Assembly (NCBI GenBank): GCA_017620915.1
Contig: JAFZSK010000011.1
Span: 4,647-68,646 of the forward strand
Length of the DNA: 64,000 nucleotides
Source: Clostridia bacterium
GTDB taxonomy: Bacteria; Bacillota; Clostridia; UBA1212; UBA1255
Direction of reading: 5' to 3'
Part shown: one piece after another, positions 50,135 through 59,938 of the stretch
Position numbering within the stretch: the first letter of the stretch is position 1
How the letters are laid out: each line of letters begins with the position of its first letter
The notes under the pieces: generated by a model
What the model was told of the DNA's origin: nothing
Database searches by the model: none
What the model saw: the letters and a program-made list of their open reading frames with translations, nothing else
Translations under genes and position numbers: made by a program

Positions 50135-50170
50135 AAGAAAAACCGCTCCAGATTACCATCCAAAGCGGTT
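50135..50170 (-). terminator. Intrinsic terminator of tRNA-Ser
   Basis: AACCGCTTTGGAT..ATCTGGAGCGGTT followed by TTTCTT on the minus strand. Confidence 0.7.
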
Positions 50171-50178
50171 ATTTTCAG

Positions 50179-50262
50179 CGGAGAGGATGGGATTCGAACC
50201 CATGTGGCTGACGCCAAACGGTTTTCAAGACCGCCTCGTTATGACCCCTTCGATACCTCTCC
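50179..50262 (-). tRNA. tRNA-Ser(UGA)
   Basis: Acceptor stem GGAGAGG/CCTCTCC, anticodon loop CTTGAAA, long variable arm, T-loop TTCGAAT, G discriminator. CCA is not encoded. Confidence 0.93.
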
Positions 50263-50439
50263 GTATGTGTTTTCAAGCCTGTTTTTGCTTGAAAAGTTTT
50301 TGTCAGCTCATTAGATAACTCATTAGAATTGAGCTTTTTTAGAAGATTTGCGAGCTTTTCAAATCTCCGTTTTCCTCGCGTTTTCGGCGTTTTTCGCCGT
50401 TTTTCGCCGTTTTTCATAAGAGGCGCTTCCACTCAAATG

Positions 50440-50485
50440 AACGGTTTTCAAGACCGCCTCGTTATGACCGCTTCGATACCTCTCC
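50440..50485 (-). pseudogene. Duplicated 5' half of tRNA-Ser (att-like fragment)
   Basis: 46 nt identical to 50217-50262 except one base; it ends just after the anticodon arm. Confidence 0.85.
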
Positions 50486-50499
50486 GCGGAGCAAGGCGG

Positions 50500-50528
50500 A
50501 TTGTACAATATGTGCCCGGTTTTGTCAA
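50500..50528 (-). promoter_or_regulatory. tRNA promoter
   Basis: TTGACA-17 nt-TACAAT followed by a GC-rich stretch. Confidence 0.75.
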
Positions 50529-50643
50529 GCGGAAAGTAGGGTGCGGCAGGTAACTGTGGAAAAACTGCGGGCATTGTGATAATATATTATAGGCTTTGCG
50601 GGGCGGGAGCAATTGACGCCGGAACAGAGCGGGAGAGGTTAAT

Positions 50644-51417
50644 ATGATCGTCAACTACCACACACATTCGTACCATTGCCACCATGCGGCGGGAACGCCG
50701 GAGGAGTATGTTGTCACCGCGATAAAAAACGGACTGGAGGAGCTCGGGTTCTCGGACCATGTGCCTTATCCGTTTTCGAACGGCCACCGCTCGGGGTTCC
50801 GGATGGAGGTCGAAGAGACCGGTACGTATGTGGACGAGATCCTGGAGCTGAAGGCGAAGTACGCGGGGCAACTGAAGATCTACGTGGGGTACGAGGCGGA
50901 GTACTACCCGGCGGAGTTTGAGGCGATGCTGCGAAATATCGGAAAGTATCCGGTGGATTATCTGATCTGCGGGCAGCATTTTTCGCGCAACGAGTACGAT
51001 GGATACTATAACGGAGGCGCCACGGAGGAGCGGGAGAAGTTGGCGGAGTACGTGGATCAGTTGACGGCGGCGATGCAGACCGGGCTGTACACGTATATTG
51101 CCCACCCGGATCTGTTCAATTTCCGCGGCGACCCGGGCGTGTACCGCGAGGAGGTGCTGCGGTTGTGCGAGGCGTCGATCAAGTACGATGTGCCGCTGGA
51201 GTACAACTGCCTGGGCATGGAGGGCGGCCGCCATTATCCCCGGCCGGATTTCTGGCGGCTGGTGGCGGAGAGCGGGGCGTCAACTGTGATAGGCTCCGAC
51301 GCCCACCAACCCGACCGCACGGGCGACCCCGTAAGCGCCTCGCGCGCGGCCCGCGAACTGGCCGGATTCGGCATCGTGCCGGGGGACAGACCTCGGTTGC
51401 GCAAGCCGGTCTTGTGA
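50644..51417 (+). CDS. PHP-family histidinol-phosphatase-like protein
   Basis: NYHTHS..CHHA, GFSDHVP, IAHPD, GSDAH. Confidence 0.88.
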   Translation: MIVNYHTHSYHCHHAAGTPEEYVVTAIKNGLEELGFSDHVPYPFSNGHRSGFRMEVEETGTYVDEILELKAKYAGQLKIYVGYEAEYYPAEFEAMLRNIGKYPVDYLICGQHFSRNEYDGYYNGGATEEREKLAEYVDQLTAAMQTGLYTYIAHPDLFNFRGDPGVYREEVLRLCEASIKYDVPLEYNCLGMEGGRHYPRPDFWRLVAESGASTVIGSDAHQPDRTGDPVSASRAARELAGFGIVPGDRPRLRKPVL

Positions 51418-51430
51418 GAAACACGCGGTT

Positions 51431-53161
51431 ATGATCTGCAATATTCGTATTAAAATATCTGAATTAAACGCTACGAGCGGCGAGTTTTCTACGGATCAGC
51501 CGGAGTTTTTTGAGGTGCTGCGCCGGAGGCTGGCGCGGGAGCTCGATCGGGAGCGCCTGGCGGCGCCCGGGAAGCAGTCTGCCGAGGCGTTAACTCCGGC
51601 GGATGTCCGGATACTCCACCGAAGCCTAGATTTTCGCGCCGGACGGGAGCCTGCCCTGGAGCTCAGCGTTAGCATGAAAGACGGCGTGAACGGCAACGTG
51701 AAGGGGGACAGACCTGTTTCCGTGAGCACGGCAAAGTCGTTTATTTATGCCGACAGTCAGGGTCTTGCACCGCGCATGGACGAACGGAGGCCGGTGGTCG
51801 TGGGGTTCGGACCGGCAGGGATGTTTTGCGCGTTGACGCTGGCGCAGGCCGGGCTCAGGCCGGTGGTGCTGGAGCGGGGCGAGGATATTGACGGCCGTGC
51901 GGCGAGTGTGAAAAAGTTCTGGAAAACGGGCGAATTGGCCTCCGACAGCAACGTACAGTTCGGCGAAGGCGGGGCGGGTGCGTTTTCGGATGGAAAATTG
52001 ACCACGCTGGTGAAGGAAAAGCACCGCACCGGGCGGAAAGTGCTGGAATCTTTCGTGGAATTCGGGGCGCCGGAGGACATTTTGATCGACGCGTACCCGC
52101 ATATCGGCACGGATCTGCTGCGCGGCGTGGTCAAAAACCTGCGAAATGAGGTCGTGCGGCTGGGCGGCAGCGTGCTTTTCGGGGCAAAATTGTGCGGTCT
52201 GGAGCGGAACGGGGGCAATATCACCGGCATTACGTACGCGCAGGGCGGCAATTTAGTGTCGCTCCCCGCAGACATCGTTTTCCTGGCGATCGGCCACAGC
52301 GCGCGGGACACGTTTGAGCTGCTGACGAAGGAGGGCATTGAGCTGTCGGCTAAACCCCTGGCGGCGGGCTTCCGGATCGAGCACCCGCAGGAGCTCATCA
52401 ACGCGCGCCAGTACGGCCGGTACGCTCCCCTGCTCGCCCGCCGCTGGCCCGCCATATACAAGCTCGCGCACCACGGCGCGTTCACGTTCTGCATGTGTCC
52501 GGGCGGGTTCGTTGTCAACGCCTCCTCCGAGCCCGGCGGCCTGGTCACCAACGGCATGAGCTACAGCCGCCGCGACGGGCGCAACGCCAACAGCGCCGTG
52601 CTGGCGGACATTGTCCCCGCGGACTACCTGCCCTGGGCCCAGTACCCCGGCGACCCGCTGGCGGGCATGCGTTTCCAGCGCGCGGTCGAGCAGGCGGCGT
52701 TCAGGCTCACCGGCGGCAGCGGGCGGCTCCCCCGCCAGACCCTGGGCGACTTCGCAAACGCGCGAGGCATTGCGGCAACTGCTTCTCTGCAGACCGCGTT
52801 TCAGAGGTCTGTCCCCTGTATGAACGGGTTTGAGACGCAGGTCAAAGGCGGTTCGGCGGAGGCAGACATGAGCGGGTTGTACCCGGACTTCGTTGCCACC
52901 AAAATTCTGGAGGGCATAGCGCATTTTGACCGCGTCATACCGGGTTTCGGGCACCCGGGGGCAATATTGACCGGCCCTGAAACGCGCTCTTCATCGCCAG
53001 TGCGTATTGACCGCGATCCCGACACGCTGGAGAGCGTCAACTGCCCCGGCCTCTACCCCGTCGGCGAAGGCGCCGGCTACGCGGGGGGCATCACATCCGC
53101 AGCCATCGACGGCATCCGTGCCGCGGAAAAATATATGCAAAAACGAGAGAGGAACAGCTAA
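51431..53161 (+). CDS. FAD-dependent oxidoreductase (uncharacterised conserved family)
   Basis: VVGFGPAG, SNVQFGEGGAGAFSDGKL, PHIGTD, FCMCPGG, ETRSSSP, GEGAGYAGGI. Confidence 0.9.
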   Translation: MICNIRIKISELNATSGEFSTDQPEFFEVLRRRLARELDRERLAAPGKQSAEALTPADVRILHRSLDFRAGREPALELSVSMKDGVNGNVKGDRPVSVSTAKSFIYADSQGLAPRMDERRPVVVGFGPAGMFCALTLAQAGLRPVVLERGEDIDGRAASVKKFWKTGELASDSNVQFGEGGAGAFSDGKLTTLVKEKHRTGRKVLESFVEFGAPEDILIDAYPHIGTDLLRGVVKNLRNEVVRLGGSVLFGAKLCGLERNGGNITGITYAQGGNLVSLPADIVFLAIGHSARDTFELLTKEGIELSAKPLAAGFRIEHPQELINARQYGRYAPLLARRWPAIYKLAHHGAFTFCMCPGGFVVNASSEPGGLVTNGMSYSRRDGRNANSAVLADIVPADYLPWAQYPGDPLAGMRFQRAVEQAAFRLTGGSGRLPRQTLGDFANARGIAATASLQTAFQRSVPCMNGFETQVKGGSAEADMSGLYPDFVATKILEGIAHFDRVIPGFGHPGAILTGPETRSSSPVRIDRDPDTLESVNCPGLYPVGEGAGYAGGITSAAIDGIRAAEKYMQKRERNS

Positions 53162-55903
53162 ATGGACCGTTTAAATCGTTCAGTTTGTACAAATCGGGCA
53201 AATCGCAAAAACCACCGTATAAAAAAACCGGTGTCCGTACTCGCCTCTATCCCGGCCTTCGTACTGGCCTCGGCGCTGTTAATACAGGGGACGGACCTGT
53301 TTCGTGACCCGTTTCAGGGGCGGCTGCGGGCCGCGGAGCAGACGGGCATGATCATCGGCGCGGAGCTGTACAGCGAAGACTTCGAAGGAGTTGCCGACGG
53401 CGAACTGCCCGAAGGCTGGACGCTCAGCCCGACGCTCAAAAACGGCGGCAGCGCCGAAGTGAAAGACGGCAAGCTGATCATTGACGCCGGAACGGTGGAG
53501 CTGGGCAAAGTGCTGATGCCGGAGGCGTTGTCCGCAAACGGCAACTACGCCATCGAAGCCGATGTGACCTTCCTCTCGAGCCGCGATGCCTCGCGCTGGA
53601 TGTCCCTCGTAGCGCGCCAGCAGACCTCCGACCAGGACTACTACCACATGTGCGTGCGCCGCACCACCACCGCCTCCAACGGCGTGGAATTTGCGGTCCG
53701 CTCGGCGTCCGGATGGAACGTGCTCACCACCGCGTCGGCGAAAAAAGATCTCGGACTGGACCGCGAGGTGCACCTCAAAATGTGCATCGCGGACAACTGG
53801 GTTTACGAGTATGTGGACGGCAAGGAAGTGCTGGCGGGCGAGTTCCTGGACGGCATTCGCAACGCGTTTGCCACCGGCGGCGTGGGGATCCAGGCGAACT
53901 ATTCGAAGATCAGCGTTGACAACGTGAAGGTCTCCGAATGCAGGTTTGTCCCCGATCTCGACGCGGTGGCGGACAAGCAGTACATCAGCCACGACTTCCT
54001 CAAAACACAGGTGATCTCCGCGGCGGCGACCATTGCCGAAGCCGACTCGCTCGCCACCCTCGACCGCCTGACCGGCCCGGAACAGAGGCCCGAAAACATC
54101 CTCCTCTACGTCGACGGCGGCGGCAATGTCACCTCCCCCGACGGATCCGCCGTGCTGGGCACGCTGGATGAGATCACGGACAAAGTGTTCCGCATGATGA
54201 TCCCGGTCTTCGTTGTCAACTCAAGCGACGCCGCGGACGCCCTGTCGCAGTTCCTCAAGGAAAAAAAGCTGGTGGACTGCATGGTCATGTCCGCGGATCC
54301 CGCGCTGGTGGCCGCGGTGCGCAAAGTCAACACCAAGATCGGCGGCGTAATTGACTACACCGCGGAGTTTTATACGGGGGACAGACCTGCTTCCGATATT
54401 GAAGACACACTGCAGTTTATCATTGAGACTACCAACGCCAACAGCGCGAAGACGGCGCTGATAAGCGCGGACATTGCCCGCAAGGCCAACGTGGAGTACC
54501 TGCAGCACCGCCTGATCACCGTCTGGGTCAAAGAAGCCGCCGGCCCCGATGAGGACGCCCTGCTGCACGACGCCATATTGAGCGGCGCCAACGGCATTGT
54601 CACCGACACCCCCGAAAAACTGATCAGCGCCTACGATTTTTACAAAAACGAAATGGCGGTACTGGTGCGCAACCCGCTGGTGATCGGCCATCGCGGATTG
54701 CCCTCCTCCGCCCCCGAAAACACCATCGAGAGCGCGAAGGAAGCCGTGGCGGCGGGCGTTGACTGCATCGAGCTGGACGTGCGTCTCTCTTCCGACGGCG
54801 AGATCTACATCTACCACGACAACGATCTGAGTTCGCTCACCACCGGCTCCGGCACGGTCAACAGCCACACCGCCGCCGAACTCGATAAACTCAAAGTGCT
54901 GCGCTCGGGCTCGTACGGCACTTTCAAAAAATACTCCGAGGTCAAGCTCCCGTCGCTGCGCGAATTCTTCGAGGCGCTCAAAGACGACGACGTGATGTTT
55001 TTCATCGAGATCAAAGAAGAAACCGGCAATATCTCCCAGAAAGTCGCGGATATGGTACAGGAATTCGGTCTGACCCGCCGCTGCTGCATGATCACGTTCC
55101 TGTCGTCCCAGGTCAAAGCGTTCCACCAGGCGCTCCCCGGCATGTCTACAGGGCAGCTCATGGGCACGCCCTCGGGCAAACAGTACGAGACCGTCGTAAA
55201 GAACATCATCGCCCAGATCGCACCCGAGAACGCTACCTTCAACGCCAGCGGCGTCAACGACACCAAGCTCGTCCGCGCCCTCATGTACCGCGGCATCACA
55301 GCCTGGCCCTGGACGTACAGCAACGCCACTACGGGCGACGCGTACCTTCTCGGCGTCGGCGGCATCACCACCGACTACTGCAATGTCGTCTCACACGTGC
55401 CGGTGCGCATCGATATCGGCGAAAAGTACGATTATACGCTGAATCCCACCGACTCCAAAACGGGGTCTGTCCCCTTTCATCCTGTGGTGTACAGCCGCAT
55501 GGGCGTCGAAAAAGCGGACAAATTGTACACCGCGCCGGAGCCGGTGATCCTGGAAGGTGCCGAACATGTGAAGGTCGAGGGCAACACGATCCACGCGTTC
55601 AGCGACGGTACCGTGCGGCTGGTGTACCGGCTGCGGACATCATTGACGCCGGACCGCGAACCGGACAATCTGTTCTCTGAATTTACTATTTACACTCAGG
55701 TGATAACGCTGCACATCGACTCGACGGCCGAGCCGGAAGCGATCGACGATCCGGGCAGCCGGAAACAAGAACGCTCACGTTCCGGAAACCGGGCCATTGA
55801 AGTCGGTGTGGTCTGCGGGATTGCCGGTGTGGTAATTGCCGCCTGCTGCGTCGCGCTGGCCGCGTACGGCAAGAAGAAAAACAACGTAGACCAGGGCCGC
55901 TGA
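53162..55903 (+). CDS. Secreted, membrane-anchored glycerophosphodiester phosphodiesterase with an N-terminal beta-sandwich (DUF1080-like) domain
   Basis: IGHRG..APENT, ELDV.LSSDG..YHD, IEIK, GITTD; C-terminal TM. Confidence 0.85.
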   Translation: MDRLNRSVCTNRANRKNHRIKKPVSVLASIPAFVLASALLIQGTDLFRDPFQGRLRAAEQTGMIIGAELYSEDFEGVADGELPEGWTLSPTLKNGGSAEVKDGKLIIDAGTVELGKVLMPEALSANGNYAIEADVTFLSSRDASRWMSLVARQQTSDQDYYHMCVRRTTTASNGVEFAVRSASGWNVLTTASAKKDLGLDREVHLKMCIADNWVYEYVDGKEVLAGEFLDGIRNAFATGGVGIQANYSKISVDNVKVSECRFVPDLDAVADKQYISHDFLKTQVISAAATIAEADSLATLDRLTGPEQRPENILLYVDGGGNVTSPDGSAVLGTLDEITDKVFRMMIPVFVVNSSDAADALSQFLKEKKLVDCMVMSADPALVAAVRKVNTKIGGVIDYTAEFYTGDRPASDIEDTLQFIIETTNANSAKTALISADIARKANVEYLQHRLITVWVKEAAGPDEDALLHDAILSGANGIVTDTPEKLISAYDFYKNEMAVLVRNPLVIGHRGLPSSAPENTIESAKEAVAAGVDCIELDVRLSSDGEIYIYHDNDLSSLTTGSGTVNSHTAAELDKLKVLRSGSYGTFKKYSEVKLPSLREFFEALKDDDVMFFIEIKEETGNISQKVADMVQEFGLTRRCCMITFLSSQVKAFHQALPGMSTGQLMGTPSGKQYETVVKNIIAQIAPENATFNASGVNDTKLVRALMYRGITAWPWTYSNATTGDAYLLGVGGITTDYCNVVSHVPVRIDIGEKYDYTLNPTDSKTGSVPFHPVVYSRMGVEKADKLYTAPEPVILEGAEHVKVEGNTIHAFSDGTVRLVYRLRTSLTPDREPDNLFSEFTIYTQVITLHIDSTAEPEAIDDPGSRKQERSRSGNRAIEVGVVCGIAGVVIAACCVALAAYGKKKNNVDQGR

Positions 55904-56803
55904 GATCGCGAGGAATACAGCCCCCCCGACCGCGGTACTTACTGTATTACTGAATATCAATACCAGCAGCGCGGACAACAGCCACGAACTGTTGAAGCCC
56001 ATATGCATCGCGACCGGCCCCCATACGGTGCCGGTCATTTCGTATATTGCCACCAGCAGCACCGAGAAGAGTGCGGTGTAGATGCCCTGCAGGATGTTGC
56101 CGTGGTAGATGCCGAATACGACCGAAACTACCGCTCCGGCGATCAGCATGGCGGTGCGGCGTCTGCCCGGGATCGCGTCCCGGAGCGAGGTGTAAAAAAT
56201 TCCGCGGAACAGCAGTTCTTCCACCAGCGGCGCAATGACCGAGGTGGCAAACAACGCCAGCAGGATGCTGCCCTGCATTACGGCGCTGACGCTTTCTTCG
56301 TTGGCTTCCAGCCAGGATTCCGGGATCGGAATGAGTTCGATCAGCGCCACAAAGCCGGCATTGAACGCCAATCCCGCCGCAAAACACACCGCCAGCACCC
56401 CCACCGCGCGGCCGCCTCTAAGGCGCTCCGGCAGTTTGAGGATCCGCGCCATCTGCCAGCGGCCCTTTTTATATGTGAGGAACAGGATCAGCAGAGTGAT
56501 CCCCAGCATCAACAAGCCGCTGATTATAAAGATCTCCGCCGCGTGCTGCATATAGATCCCGGTCACGTGCTCAGTCAGTGTTTCAGAATCGGCCAGCTGA
56601 GGATCCACCGCCACCGCCATCGCGGTCAATATGACCATAAACAACAGCGACACGCCCAGCTGGACCAGCATGTAGCCGACCAGAAACGCCGCTGAGACAG
56701 CGAGGGCAATCAGTATTTTCTTGCCCGCAGATTTCTTTTTCTGCGGAACATTTTGCGTTGGAACGCTTTGCACAGGAACATCTTGCATGGGGACAGACCT
56801 CAC
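55775..56803 (-). CDS. CPBP (CAAX/Abi) intramembrane metalloprotease
   Basis: EELLFRG, FGIYH, HMGFN and multiple TM helices. The 3' end overlaps the convergent gene. Confidence 0.85.
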   Translation of the reverse strand: MRSVPMQDVPVQSVPTQNVPQKKKSAGKKILIALAVSAAFLVGYMLVQLGVSLLFMVILTAMAVAVDPQLADSETLTEHVTGIYMQHAAEIFIISGLLMLGITLLILFLTYKKGRWQMARILKLPERLRGGRAVGVLAVCFAAGLAFNAGFVALIELIPIPESWLEANEESVSAVMQGSILLALFATSVIAPLVEELLFRGIFYTSLRDAIPGRRRTAMLIAGAVVSVVFGIYHGNILQGIYTALFSVLLVAIYEMTGTVWGPVAMHMGFNSSWLLSALLVLIFSNTVSTAVGGAVFLAISAALVYVVFLLAVRGQRDAAGGNYHTGNPADHTDFNGPVSGT

Positions 56804-56821
56804 AATTAACTCATAATTAAC

Positions 56822-57811
56822 TCATATTTTTGAGGAAAAGTACGACGCGGCGATGCCGGCGGCCAGCGTGACAAGGCCGATAATGATGCCAGCGAAACCG
56901 ATTGACAGCGCCGGGAGATTAAGGCTGATCAGGAGGGCGAGTATTGACCCCGCCAGCAGTCCCAGAATGCCGTAATACGTGCCGGACTTAAACTTTTTGA
57001 ACAGGAGCTGAATGATCTTGGCGATGGTAAATATGCCCGCGATGATGCCGAGCCCCAGCGGGAGCGCGCAGAGAGCTGCTTTCAGCATTGTCCCCGGTTC
57101 GTGGAAGGACGTGAGTCCCGAGATGATCGCCAGCATGTCGTCGTACAGGCCGAGCAGCAGGAGCACGAGCGAGCCGCTGACGCCGGGGACCACCATTGCC
57201 CCCGCGCTGACCACGCCGCCGATGAACAGTTTCAGTATCATTCCAACGCTGAGCGTCGGCAGTCCGCCGGCAACGACCTGGTCTGTCCCCTGTGTGAAAT
57301 ACGTCTGGACGATGGCGAGCGCCACGACCGCGAGGGCGCAGATGACGAACGGGATCAGGTAGAGGTTGCGGTATTTGCTGTCGCTGTTCGCTTTTTTAAG
57401 GATCAGCGGCACGGAACCTATCACGAGGCCGACGAAGAACAGCCCCGTCTGCAGCGGGAACTTCGCCAGCGCAAAGCCGATCAGCTTGCTGAAGGCAACG
57501 ACGCCCGCCACCAGCCCCAGCCCCACGGGGATGAGGAATTTCAGGTTTTTGACGAACTTTTTGAAGAGGGTGTTGATGGCCTCGATCAGGGGGTCGAAGA
57601 TGCCGGTGACAACGGCGATGGTACCGCCGCTCACGCCCGGGATTATGTTGGCAACACCCACCACGATGCCCTTAACGAACAATATCAGTGCCTCAACGAG
57701 GCCGCTGCGCTTTTTCTTCGGTTCGGCAGCCGGCTCGGCGGTAAACTCGGCGGCGGGTTCGACGGAAGGTTCGGCGGCAAGGTCAATGACGGTATCGTTA
57801 AGCTCAGCCAT
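56822..57811 (-). CDS. DUF368 membrane protein (undecaprenyl-phosphate translocase family)
   Basis: Two PGVSG repeats (IIPGVSGGTIA; VVPGVSGS) and many TM helices. Confidence 0.9.
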   Translation of the reverse strand: MAELNDTVIDLAAEPSVEPAAEFTAEPAAEPKKKRSGLVEALILFVKGIVVGVANIIPGVSGGTIAVVTGIFDPLIEAINTLFKKFVKNLKFLIPVGLGLVAGVVAFSKLIGFALAKFPLQTGLFFVGLVIGSVPLILKKANSDSKYRNLYLIPFVICALAVVALAIVQTYFTQGTDQVVAGGLPTLSVGMILKLFIGGVVSAGAMVVPGVSGSLVLLLLGLYDDMLAIISGLTSFHEPGTMLKAALCALPLGLGIIAGIFTIAKIIQLLFKKFKSGTYYGILGLLAGSILALLISLNLPALSIGFAGIIIGLVTLAAGIAASYFSSKI

Positions 57812-58517
57812 TGCCGCTACCCTCCGTGCCGCGCGGCGCCGCGCCTGTGTTCACCGTGCTGCCCGCCTCCGCCGGAACAGAGGTCTGTCCCCCGTCCAGC
57901 AGCTCGATTTTTGACACCGAGACTTCGTACGCGGTACGCTCGACTGCGGTGCCGTCCGGGTAGCGCTTCTGATAGACGCGGCTCTGCATGCGGCCAATGA
58001 CCTTGACGTGGTCGCCGACCTTGCGCTTGCCGCAGAAGCGGGCGTTGCGGCCCCAGCAGATGCAGGGCAGATAATCGGATTTATTGTAGGAGCGGTTGAC
58101 CGCCAGCAGAAAGTCGGAGATCTCGCGGTTGAAGGGCGTTGTCCGGTATACCGGCGGCTTACAGATGAAGCCGTTCATCTCGACCGAGTCGACGTCTGTC
58201 TCCGGCACCGCGTCCGGAAAGCGTATTTCCTGCACGAACAGTGTGAGCGTGAGCTTGACCTGTCCCCCGGCTAACACCGAGTTGTACGACCGGAACTGGC
58301 CGTCGAGGGCCACGAATCTGCCCTTCTTCAGCTCGCCGATATCGATCAGCCGGTCCGACACCGTGGCCGGTATCAGGTCAAAACTGTCGCTGAGCCGCCG
58401 CGTGCGGACAATAAAACTGTAGAACCCCTCGCCGTACACTTCATGGCTGAACACGGGCTCGCTCTCCACGGTCCCGGTCAATTGTGCAATGTTGTTCTCA
58501 CTTTGATTTCCCGTCAT
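57804..58517 (-). CDS. ssb: Tandem OB-fold single-stranded DNA-binding protein (clostridial type)
   Basis: FSHEVYGEGFY, GQFRSYN, YRTTPFNREI, SDYLPCICWGRNA, AYEVS. Confidence 0.88.
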   Translation of the reverse strand: MTGNQSENNIAQLTGTVESEPVFSHEVYGEGFYSFIVRTRRLSDSFDLIPATVSDRLIDIGELKKGRFVALDGQFRSYNSVLAGGQVKLTLTLFVQEIRFPDAVPETDVDSVEMNGFICKPPVYRTTPFNREISDFLLAVNRSYNKSDYLPCICWGRNARFCGKRKVGDHVKVIGRMQSRVYQKRYPDGTAVERTAYEVSVSKIELLDGGQTSVPAEAGSTVNTGAAPRGTEGSGNG

Positions 58518-58759
58518 ACCTAAACTCCCTTCGGAGGCTTTTCCTTTGGCGTTGTACGGGGGACAGACCCTGTTTTGAACAGGGGGACAGACCCGCGTCA
58601 ACGCAAGTTGACAAAAAGTCATTTTATATTATACATAAAGGCGCCGCGTGTTGCAAGTGCCACCCTTTTCCATTTGCTCTTCCGGCAGCGTTGAGAGTAT
58701 AATTGACTGTGAAAAAGCGGAAGCACGAAAAAGCCCCGCAAAACAGGAGGCGGCAATTC

Positions 58760-59938
58760 ATGACCCATCCCGAAAAAAAGCTCGCCCGCAGATACGACAC
58801 GCCTGGGAGGTGTGCGGAATTCACAGATCTTGTTTACATGGACGCCGGCGTGACCGGAGCGGATCTGAAACGCGCGGAACAGAGGTTTGTCCCCGGTCCG
58901 CCCGCGTACAACGCGTACATCGGCGAACTGCACGGGCACAGCACGTTGTCCGACGGGGGCGTCGACATCGATACCTATTTCAGGAATCTGCGGAGTCGAG
59001 GCATTGACTTCGGCGCGCTCAGCGACCACGACCACGGCGGCGTTGGCCGCCCAACGCTCTGGTCCGGCGCCCCGTCCAAATGGGAACTGATCAACCGGAA
59101 AGCCGCGGAATACGACGAACCCGGCAAATTCACGGTCATCCCGGCGTACGAGCGCGACTCGTACCCGTATTACAACAATCTCGTCGTTTATTACGGCACG
59201 CGGAACGGCGAAATGATCCGCGGCGTGCGGGACGGCGAGTTCACCGAGGGCGAACTGCAGCAGGCGCTCGCACGGGACGACGTGATACTGGTGCCCCATG
59301 ACACGTATATGTTTTCGGCGGGCGTTGACTTCCGGCGCATTCCGGAAGGTCTGTTCACGCCGCTGATCGAGCTGTATTCGGTCGCCGACGCGGCGGAGTA
59401 TATGGGCAACCCGGCGTTTGACGCCAATTCGGCATGCGAAGGCGGGTTCTGGCAGGACGCGCTCCGGCGGGGGGCAAAAATGGGCTGCATCGGCGGCTCG
59501 GACAATCACTCCGGCACCGGCGCGACAGTCCTGGACGCCCCGTATCCGCACAATTATCAGGGACTTACGGGCATCTGGGCGAAGGGCAACACACTCCCCG
59601 ACCTGTTCTCCGCGCTGAAAGCCCGGCGCTGCTATACGATCATGGGCGGCCGGATGGTCATCGACTTCCGCATAAACGGCCACTATATGGGCGAAGAATT
59701 CGCGGCATCGACGGACGAAGAACTGGCCGTTTGGTATTCCGTAGAAGCGGACTGCGCCGTAAAAAAAGTCACGCTGGTCAAGAACCTGCGCGACTACATC
59801 ATGTTGAAAGGCAACCCCCGCCAACTGATATTCGATTACGAACACGAGACCGCCGAAGACTGCTACTATCTGCGCGTGGAATTGACCGACGGGCGATTCG
59901 GCTGGACAAGTCCGATCTGGGTGAGTATAATAGATTAA
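58760..59938 (+). CDS. PHP-like metallohydrolase (DUF3604/CehA-McbA type)
   Basis: GELHGHS.LSDG, LSDHD, GGSDNH, YYLRV..WTSPIWV. AGGAGG RBS. Confidence 0.75.
   Translation: MTHPEKKLARRYDTPGRCAEFTDLVYMDAGVTGADLKRAEQRFVPGPPAYNAYIGELHGHSTLSDGGVDIDTYFRNLRSRGIDFGALSDHDHGGVGRPTLWSGAPSKWELINRKAAEYDEPGKFTVIPAYERDSYPYYNNLVVYYGTRNGEMIRGVRDGEFTEGELQQALARDDVILVPHDTYMFSAGVDFRRIPEGLFTPLIELYSVADAAEYMGNPAFDANSACEGGFWQDALRRGAKMGCIGGSDNHSGTGATVLDAPYPHNYQGLTGIWAKGNTLPDLFSALKARRCYTIMGGRMVIDFRINGHYMGEEFAASTDEELAVWYSVEADCAVKKVTLVKNLRDYIMLKGNPRQLIFDYEHETAEDCYYLRVELTDGRFGWTSPIWVSIID

Larger units (their letters stand above)
51382..58593. repeat. Cluster of 10 exact dispersed GGTCTGTCCCC/GGGGACAGACC copies
   Basis: Starts at 51382, 51704, 52806, 54377, 55464, 56789, 57280, 57882, 58559 and 58583. 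One-mismatch copies at 53287, 53943 and 58884. Confidence 0.9.

Noticed and set aside
50179-50485. tRNA intron or selenocysteine/suppressor tRNA
   Set aside because: The downstream copy is already complete, so the insert is not an intron. The anticodon is UGA, which reads the Ser codon UCA.
50175-50574. 85-aa and 71-aa ORFs sharing GHNEAVLKTV
   Set aside because: They are translations of the tRNA and its duplicated half.
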